NCBI GenBank assembly: GCA_963817465.1 | Contig: CAWFOP010000009.1 | Span: 93,920 to 157,919, forward strand | From: an uncultured Acidobacteriota bacterium | GTDB lineage: Bacteria > Acidobacteriota > Terriglobia > Bryobacterales > UBA6623 | Length of the DNA stretch: 64,000 nucleotides | Direction of reading: 5' to 3' | In this document: positions 58,027 through 64,000 of the stretch, in pieces | Layout of the letters: each line of letters starts with the position of its first letter | How positions within the stretch are numbered: the stretch's first letter is position 1 | Notes under the pieces: model-generated | What the model was told of the DNA's origin: nothing | Databases searched by the model: none | The model's input: only the letters and a program-made list of their open reading frames with translations | Position numbers and translations under genes: made by a program

Positions 58027-59955
58027 CTACTTCCAGTTGTCGTCGAAGATGCCGGCGGCGGCGACCTCGCCGTCGGTCGTCAGCACCGCCCAATCGCCCA
58101 GGCGCGGGAACAGCAGCGCATTCGTCCCGAGAAATTCGTGCTCGCTGAACGTGTGTCCGCTGTTGAGCACGACGTAGCGCTCGGGATTGAGCGGATTGGG
58201 GTAGATCATCGCCAGCAGGTGACTCGAGGCGTCGAACGACTGTCCGCCGATCTCGATCGTCTCGCTGGTCCAGTGCACCGGCAGCTTCGCGATCAGCTTG
58301 GCGAGCGTGCGGTTCGAGTGCGGATCGCCGAACAGGACGATGTTGCTCGCGGCGATTTGCTCGTCCTCGAGTCGGTCGTCGGCGACGGTAGGAGGATCGC
58401 CGCGCAGCCACTTCGGGAAATCGCGGTGCAGCAACTCGAAGCGCCGCTGCGCCGCCTCGCCGACCGCGGCGTGCCACGGTTCGCCGCCGGGGGCCACGGC
58501 GACGAAGCTTTCGATGAAGGCGTCGTCGATCGGCCCTTGCAGGCCGGGATGCTTGGTGAGGCGGTCGCCGCGCATCGCCGCCAAGCTGTCGAACAGACGC
58601 CATTCGTCGCCGACTTTGCCCAAGAACAAAATCGCCGCCGTCGGAGGCGGAACCTCGACCGTGCGGCCGTCGATGCGCACACGTTCGACTTGATCGGTCT
58701 CGCGCAGCGCCAGGCGGCTGACATTGCGCGTTGAGAGCCGCAGCTCGGGCCCGCGCCGCTCCGCCTCGACTTCGGCGCGCTCGTAGGTCTTTTCCAGTCC
58801 GTCGACCGTCAGCCAAAAGCAGTCGGCGTAGCGCGTCGTGTAGGTGACGAAGCGAAACGAGTCGGGATCACCGCGGCCGCGCTCGACGGCCTGGTCGAGG
58901 AAGGCGTTGGAGACCTTCTTGCTCGCCGGGTGGAAGCGATGCGGAGTATTGGGTCCGACGAGGAACAGCGCCCGCAGCGAGTCGGTGAACCAGTCGAGGC
59001 CCTTGCGCTCGAAGTGCGCGCCGTCGGCGGTCAGAGCCTCGCGAATGTTGACCGAAGCCTGTAGTTGCGGATCGATCTCGCCGCCGTAGCCGACGACCGC
59101 CAAGTCGTAGGCGTTCGGCGCGTAGTCGACCGCGTCGTAGATGCTTAGCGGCGGGCGCTGCCAGGGGCCGGTCAGACCGCCGCCGGGCAGGCTGGCCTTC
59201 GCGTAGACCAGCGTGTCGGTGAAGCCGGCGCCGGCCTCCATGGCGACCCAGGCGCTGGGATGGTGCAGGCCGATGTGCCAGGTTCCGGCGCCGCCCATCG
59301 AGAAGCCGCGCAGCACAATACGCTGCGGGTCGACGCGGTAATTGCGCTCGACCGCGGCCAGCGCCTCGAAGACGTCCGTCTCGCCCGACCAGCGGTAAGC
59401 GTTGTTGGTGCGGCCGAAGACTTCGAGTACCAGATAGCCGGGGTCGTCCGCCGCCGTCGCTTCGCGTTCGTGGCCCGCAATGAAGCTGACTTCGCTGAGG
59501 CGCGCGTTGCGGCCGTGGAGCACCACGTCGAGGCGCATGGGTTCGGCGCCGTCGTAGGCTTGCGGCACATGGACAGCGTAGGGCTGAACGCTGCCGTCGA
59601 CGCGCGAACGGTAGCCGCGCACGACGACGCCTTTCTCGTCCGTCCAGGGCGTTTCGCCCTTGGCCAGAGCTTTGGCGCGCTGCGCGCCTGACGCCGCTAC
59701 GTTCATCGCGTCGTGAACGTAGGTGCGGCGGTAGAACTCCTCCGGGTAGCGCAGCGCCCAAGCGAGCGCTTTCTGGTAGATCGCCACGTCGGCGAGCTGG
59801 TCCTCAGTCAACGGCTTGTGCGACAGCGCTTCGATTTGCTTCGAGAGCGCCTGCGCGCGTTGGTCGATCATGTCGAGCTCGACCTGGGTGGGCTTGTAGG
59901 GTTCCTGCGCGAGCAGGGGAGATATTGCGATCAGAGCAAGCAGCAAGCAACGCAT
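58027..59955 (-). CDS. Secreted alpha/beta-hydrolase (prolyl-oligopeptidase/esterase-like) with large C-terminal extension
   Basis: 642-aa ORF with signal peptide 'MRCLLLALIAISPLLAQ' and nucleophile elbow 'LRGFSMGGAGTW'. Confidence 0.75.
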   Translation of the reverse strand: MRCLLLALIAISPLLAQEPYKPTQVELDMIDQRAQALSKQIEALSHKPLTEDQLADVAIYQKALAWALRYPEEFYRRTYVHDAMNVAASGAQRAKALAKGETPWTDEKGVVVRGYRSRVDGSVQPYAVHVPQAYDGAEPMRLDVVLHGRNARLSEVSFIAGHEREATAADDPGYLVLEVFGRTNNAYRWSGETDVFEALAAVERNYRVDPQRIVLRGFSMGGAGTWHIGLHHPSAWVAMEAGAGFTDTLVYAKASLPGGGLTGPWQRPPLSIYDAVDYAPNAYDLAVVGYGGEIDPQLQASVNIREALTADGAHFERKGLDWFTDSLRALFLVGPNTPHRFHPASKKVSNAFLDQAVERGRGDPDSFRFVTYTTRYADCFWLTVDGLEKTYERAEVEAERRGPELRLSTRNVSRLALRETDQVERVRIDGRTVEVPPPTAAILFLGKVGDEWRLFDSLAAMRGDRLTKHPGLQGPIDDAFIESFVAVAPGGEPWHAAVGEAAQRRFELLHRDFPKWLRGDPPTVADDRLEDEQIAASNIVLFGDPHSNRTLAKLIAKLPVHWTSETIEIGGQSFDASSHLLAMIYPNPLNPERYVVLNSGHTFSEHEFLGTNALLFPRLGDWAVLTTDGEVAAAGIFDDNWK

Positions 59956-60002
59956 CAGCCGGATATTATCGCCCGCGCGCCGAATCTGCTACTTTTCAGG
60001 AC

Positions 60003-61595
60003 GTGCTTGCGCGACTGTTGTTGGCTTTGTTGAGTTGTTCGGCGTGCCTGCTGGGGCAGCTCGACAACGAAGACCTGATCGAAGGATCGGCTGCGAATTG
60101 GGTGACCTACGCCGGCGACTACGCTTCCTGGCGGCACAGCCCGCTCAACGAGATCACGCCCGACAACGTGCACCGCTTGGTCACCAAGTGGGTGCGCAAG
60201 ATTCCCGACGCGCCGCGGCTGGAAACGACGCCGCTGGTCTATGACGGGGTAATGTACGTCACCAACACGAACGAGATGTATGCGCTCGACGCGCGCGACG
60301 GCAAGGTCATTTGGCATTACTCGGCGGATTGGCCCAAGCGCGAGGCGCAGAACCGCGGCGCTGCGCTGCTGGGCGACCGCGTGTACTTCGTCACCTCCGA
60401 CTGCCACTTGATTTGCTTGAACCGCTTCAACGGCGCGGTCATCTGGATCACCGAATACGCCTCGTATGAGAAGGACGGCTACTGGACGAGCATGGCTCCG
60501 CTCGCCGTGAAGGGCAATATCATCGTCGGCACGGCCGGCGGCGGCCACGGACAGCGCGGCTTCGTCGCGGCGATTTCGGCGGACACAGGCAAGGAGGCCT
60601 GGCGCTTCTACACTGTGCCGGCCGAGGGCGAACCGGGTTCGGAATCCTGGGGCGGCTTCCCGTCGAAATGGGCCGGCGCGCCGACCTGGACCACGGGCTC
60701 GTTCGATCCCGACCTCAATTTGATCTACTGGCCGACCGGCAACCCGTGGCCCGATTTCTACGGCGGCCGGCGCGACGGCGACAATCTCTACTCGGACTCC
60801 ATCCTCGCGCTCGACGCCGACAGCGGCGAGATGAAGTGGTATTTCCAGTGCACGCCGCACGACGAGTGGGACTGGGACGCCAACGAAACGCCCGTGCTTA
60901 TCGACAAGGAGTGGAAGGGCCGCGAGCGCAAGCTGCTGGTGCAGGCCAACCGCAACGGCTTCTACTACGTGCTCGACCGCGAGACCGGTGAATTTCTGCA
61001 CGGGCGACCCTTCGTCAAGCAGCTCAATTGGGCGACCGGGCTCGACGAGAAGAGCGGCCGGCCGCTGGAGGTTCCCGGTATGCGCCCGACGGCGGGGGGC
61101 AATCGCGTCTGCCCGTCCGTGCGCGGCGCGAGCAACTGGATGTCGCCCACCTACGATCCCCAGACGAACCTGTTCTACGTGGTGACGCTGGAGCAGTGCG
61201 ACATTTACATCAGCTCGGCGAAAGAGCCCGTTCCCTCGTCGGGTTTTCGCGGCACCGGCGGCGAACAGATTCCTTCCGAGCCGGGCCGCTTCTTCTTGCG
61301 GGCGCTCGATCCGTTGAGCGGCGATCTGGTCTGGGAATACGAGATGCCCGGGCCCGGCCAGATGTGGGGCGGGGCCTTCTCGACAGCGTCCGGTCTGGTC
61401 GTTTCAGGCGACGACGACGGCAACCTGGTGGCGCTGGACGCCAAGACCGGCAAGGACCTATGGCACTTCCAAACCGGTCAAACGATCTATGCCTCGCCGA
61501 TCACCTATGAGGTCGAGGGCAGGCAATACATCACGATCGCCGCGCAGTCCGACGTCTTCACTTTTGGACTGTTTGACGAGTTCGAAGAGGAATAA
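60003..61595 (+). CDS. PQQ-dependent dehydrogenase paralog (quinoprotein beta-propeller) lacking the vicinal Cys-Cys
   Basis: ORF 59925..61595(+), trimmed to GTG 60003 (signal-like 'LARLLLALLSCSACLLG') to avoid overlapping the divergent gene start at 59955. 'NWVTYAGDYASWRHSPL', 'TPLVYDGVMYV', 'TPHDEWDWD', 'NRNGFYYVLDRETGEF'. Confidence 0.85.
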   Translation: MLARLLLALLSCSACLLGQLDNEDLIEGSAANWVTYAGDYASWRHSPLNEITPDNVHRLVTKWVRKIPDAPRLETTPLVYDGVMYVTNTNEMYALDARDGKVIWHYSADWPKREAQNRGAALLGDRVYFVTSDCHLICLNRFNGAVIWITEYASYEKDGYWTSMAPLAVKGNIIVGTAGGGHGQRGFVAAISADTGKEAWRFYTVPAEGEPGSESWGGFPSKWAGAPTWTTGSFDPDLNLIYWPTGNPWPDFYGGRRDGDNLYSDSILALDADSGEMKWYFQCTPHDEWDWDANETPVLIDKEWKGRERKLLVQANRNGFYYVLDRETGEFLHGRPFVKQLNWATGLDEKSGRPLEVPGMRPTAGGNRVCPSVRGASNWMSPTYDPQTNLFYVVTLEQCDIYISSAKEPVPSSGFRGTGGEQIPSEPGRFFLRALDPLSGDLVWEYEMPGPGQMWGGAFSTASGLVVSGDDDGNLVALDAKTGKDLWHFQTGQTIYASPITYEVEGRQYITIAAQSDVFTFGLFDEFEEE

Positions 61596-61598
61596 GCT

Positions 61599-62306
61599 CT
61601 ACAGCTCGGATTTTCTCAGTCCGGTGTTGTAGAGGAATTTCTCGACCGTGATTTTGCTCAGCAGCTTGTCGTCCTGGTAGGTTTCGATCGCGAACGGAAC
61701 TTGGATCCCGTCCACGGCGCGGAAGTCGGAAAAGCGTTGTCGAATCGACTGCGACGCGCCTTGCAGACCGGCGCTGTCGTAGGCGATTTGGAACAGCTCG
61801 CCGGTCGCGGAATCGGTATACAGCCTCGCCTTTTGGCCTCCGTTTTTCGAGCTGACTTCGAGCACCTGCGCCGGTCGGCCGTCGACGTCTTCCTCGCCTA
61901 CGTAGGCGACGGACTTGTCGGGGTCGCGGTCGGCCAGCAGCAACGATTCCCGCAAACGGAAAAGCTCGCCCTTGGCTTGCGCCAACTGCGGCGGCGGCAG
62001 CGGGCCGCTGCCTTGGAAGGACTGCATCTTGCCCTGGCCGTCGACCAACGAGACGATCAGCGCGCCGAACGGCAGCGTGCTCTCCTGGCGCATGGCCGAC
62101 GGCAGCACGACCTTGTAGACCTGGCTGCCGCTGAGCCCGCCGCCGACGCCTTCGATCTTGCGCGTCGCAATAAAGTCTTTGACGGCGGCCAACTTCTCGG
62201 CGCCGCCCGCCGCTTGCTGGGCCTTGGCGAGGACTTCGAGGGCCTTGGAATCGGCGGCCCAAGCGGCCGTCGCCGCAAGCAAGACAATGGCGATCCGGTG
62301 CAACAT
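61599..62306 (-). CDS. Secreted hypothetical protein (LolA / lipoprotein-sorting-like fold is a guess)
   Basis: 235-aa ORF with signal peptide 'MLHRIAIVLLAATAAWA' and plausible composition. No motif recognised. Confidence 0.55.
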   Translation of the reverse strand: MLHRIAIVLLAATAAWAADSKALEVLAKAQQAAGGAEKLAAVKDFIATRKIEGVGGGLSGSQVYKVVLPSAMRQESTLPFGALIVSLVDGQGKMQSFQGSGPLPPPQLAQAKGELFRLRESLLLADRDPDKSVAYVGEEDVDGRPAQVLEVSSKNGGQKARLYTDSATGELFQIAYDSAGLQGASQSIRQRFSDFRAVDGIQVPFAIETYQDDKLLSKITVEKFLYNTGLRKSEL

Positions 62307-62365
62307 GCGTCTCTGGGTATTCTAAGAAGATTCCGCCCAGCGCTTCGCGCCAAGCGTCACTGTCG

Positions 62366-63466
62366 ATGATCGTCCACCGCAACTGCGTGAAGTTTGACTC
62401 GTTCGCCCTCGACTGCGGCGAAAGCGTCGCCCCCGTCACCGTCGCCTATGAAAGCTACGGCGAGCTCAACGCCGCCAAGTCGAACGCCATCTTGATCGAG
62501 CACGCCTTTTCCGGCGACGCCCATGCGGCCGGAGTCAGCGACATCGACGGCAGGACCGGCTGGTGGGACAACATGATCGGCCCGGGCAAGGCCTTCGACA
62601 CCGACCTCTACTTCGTGCTGTGCTCGAACGTGCTCGGCGGCTGCGCCGGTACGACCGGCCCGACGACCGTTGATCCTTCGACCGACAAGCCCTTCGGCTC
62701 GACCTTCCCCGACGTGACGGTCGCCGACATGGTCCGGCTGCAAAAGCGGTTGATCGACCGTCTCGGCGTCAAGCGGCTGTTGAGCGTCGCGGGCGGCTCG
62801 ATGGGCGGCATGCAGGTGTTGCAGTGGGCGGTGGCCTACCCGGAGATGTGCGCTTCGGTGATTCCGATCGCGACCACGCACCGCCATTCCGCCCAGCAGA
62901 TCGCGTTCAACGAAGTGGGCCGCCAGGCGATCATGGCCGACCCGGACTTCCATGGCGGCGACTACTACGACGGCCCGGGCCCCTCGCGCGGGCTGGCGGT
63001 GGCCCGCATGGTCGGCCACATCACATACATGAGCGACGACTCGATGCGCGAGAAGTTCGGCCGCCGCCGCCGCACGATGACGACCGACACGGGCCCGTCG
63101 GGCATCTTCGAGGTCGAAAGCTATCTGCGTTACCGCGGCGGCCAGTTCGTGGGACGCTTCGACGCCAATTCGTACATCGCGATCACCAAGGCGATGGACA
63201 CCTTCGACCTCGCGGAGGGCCACGCCTCGCTCGGCGAAGCGCTCGAACGTTGCACGTCGCGCTTCCTGGCCATCAGCTTCTCGTCGGACTGGCTCTACCC
63301 GAGCTACCAGTCCCAAGACGTCGTGCGCGTGTTGCGCGCCCGGGACAAGGACGTCGCCTACGTGGAACTGCCGTCGAACTACGGCCACGACGCGTTTTTG
63401 ATCGAAGCTGGGGAACAGACCGACATCGTGCGCGGCTTCCTGGGCTCCAACTTCAAGAAGCTGTAA
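62366..63466 (+). CDS. metX: Homoserine O-acetyltransferase
   Basis: 366-aa ORF. 'YESYGELNAAKSNAILIEHAFSGDAH', 'GWWDNMIGPGKAFDT', nucleophile 'VAGGSMGGMQ', 'GHDAFL'. Confidence 0.93.
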   Translation: MIVHRNCVKFDSFALDCGESVAPVTVAYESYGELNAAKSNAILIEHAFSGDAHAAGVSDIDGRTGWWDNMIGPGKAFDTDLYFVLCSNVLGGCAGTTGPTTVDPSTDKPFGSTFPDVTVADMVRLQKRLIDRLGVKRLLSVAGGSMGGMQVLQWAVAYPEMCASVIPIATTHRHSAQQIAFNEVGRQAIMADPDFHGGDYYDGPGPSRGLAVARMVGHITYMSDDSMREKFGRRRRTMTTDTGPSGIFEVESYLRYRGGQFVGRFDANSYIAITKAMDTFDLAEGHASLGEALERCTSRFLAISFSSDWLYPSYQSQDVVRVLRARDKDVAYVELPSNYGHDAFLIEAGEQTDIVRGFLGSNFKKL

Positions 63467-63567
63467 GCGCGGCGCCCCGATCCGGCCCGAGGCGTCCTGG
63501 GTCTCCTCGTGGACAGACGGCCCTGGTTTGTGGGAATCTTAGCGGCATTCGCGAGCAGGAGGTTCCC

Positions 63568-64000
63568 ATGACGCTCATCCGACACACTCGTATCTTGGCG
63601 ATGATCGCGCTGATTGCGCTGCCCATGATCGCCCCGGCCGACCAGGCCTACAACACCGTCAAGACGAAGCTGGCCGCCGGCCAGAAAGTTGTGGGCGGCA
63701 CCGTCTACACCAATGACCCCGATATCTACTGCGCGATGGCGAACGCCGGGTTCGACTTCCTCTGGATCGAGATGCAGCACAGCCCGCTGACCTACAACGA
63801 GGTCGCGCACATGATCGCGGCGTGCAAGGATGCCCCGGCGATCCCGTTCATCCGCGTCCCGGCGGCGACTCCCGGCGACGTGCAGAAGGCGACCGACATC
63901 GGCGCACTCGGCATCATTTTGCCCATGGTCGACGACATCCAGCAGGCGAGGGACGTGATCACCTACGCGAAATACCCGCCCACGGGCAAGCGCAGCAGGG
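63568..64000 (+). CDS. HpcH/HpaI-family aldolase (2-keto-3-deoxy-acid aldolase-like) with signal-peptide-like N-terminus; C-terminus beyond the window end
   Basis: Own translation from ATG 63568 (AGGAGG at 63557-63562): 'MTLIRHTRILAMIALIALPMIAPADQAYNTVKTKLAAGQKVVGGTVYTNDPDIYCAMANAGFDFLWIEMQHSPL...IPFIRVPA...GALGIILPMVDD...AKYPPTGKRS'. Open to base 64000. Absent from the ORF track because it has no stop. Confidence 0.8.
   Translation, partial: MTLIRHTRILAMIALIALPMIAPADQAYNTVKTKLAAGQKVVGGTVYTNDPDIYCAMANAGFDFLWIEMQHSPLTYNEVAHMIAACKDAPAIPFIRVPAATPGDVQKATDIGALGIILPMVDDIQQARDVITYAKYPPTGKRSR

Overview
High-G+C bacterial chromosomal window, almost fully coding (about 55 genes). PEP-CTERM cargo, an ECF sigma factor paired with a giant Ser/Thr kinase, Tat-signal enzymes and cytochrome-c-linked PQQ dehydrogenases suggest an Acidobacteriota-like soil organism (inference only).

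Layout:
- 1-8.5 kb: partial GT4 glycosyltransferase, SGNH hydrolase, a coupled RuBisCO-like protein + DUF1537 acid-sugar kinase pair, then trpG-trpE-aroDE.
- 8.5-12.6 kb: ECF sigma + 1150-aa kinase-STAND-TPR protein.
- 12.7-24.5 kb: methyltransferase, AAA+ ATPase, OB/HD nuclease, SurA-like PPIase, mfd, cytidylyltransferase, CPA2 antiporter, leuB.
- 24.8-37.2 kb: visibly lower-G+C exopolysaccharide block (PEP-CTERM protein, six GT4-type transferases, wecB, divergent AsnB-like amidotransferase, Wzx-like flippase), ending at tRNA-Pro(CGG).
- 37.4-42.2 kb: ankyrin protein and a Tat-enolase / M20 / GCS2-ligase / GNAT operon.
- 42.2-64 kb: two PQQ-dehydrogenase paralogs (one coupled to a di-haem cytochrome c), gpmI, bfr, sulfatase, glpK, coaE-htrA-fumC, metX and an HpcH-type aldolase cut by the window end.

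Main oddities:
- Seven conserved genes are each split by one single-nucleotide indel (six +1, one -1). Assembly or base-calling error is the likeliest cause, but this is unproven.
- A roughly 1-kb deletion scar leaves only the C-terminal halves of a divergent aldo/keto-reductase / AraC pair.
- The two edge genes are missing from the supplied ORF track because they have no in-window stop.

No CRISPR array, rRNA, transposase or integrase was recognised. I cannot point to a demonstrably novel system. The best candidates for follow-up are the orphan RLP-kinase pair, the Tat-enolase operon and the exosortase-less PEP-CTERM EPS block. All coordinates and motifs were read by eye; no database search or computation was run.
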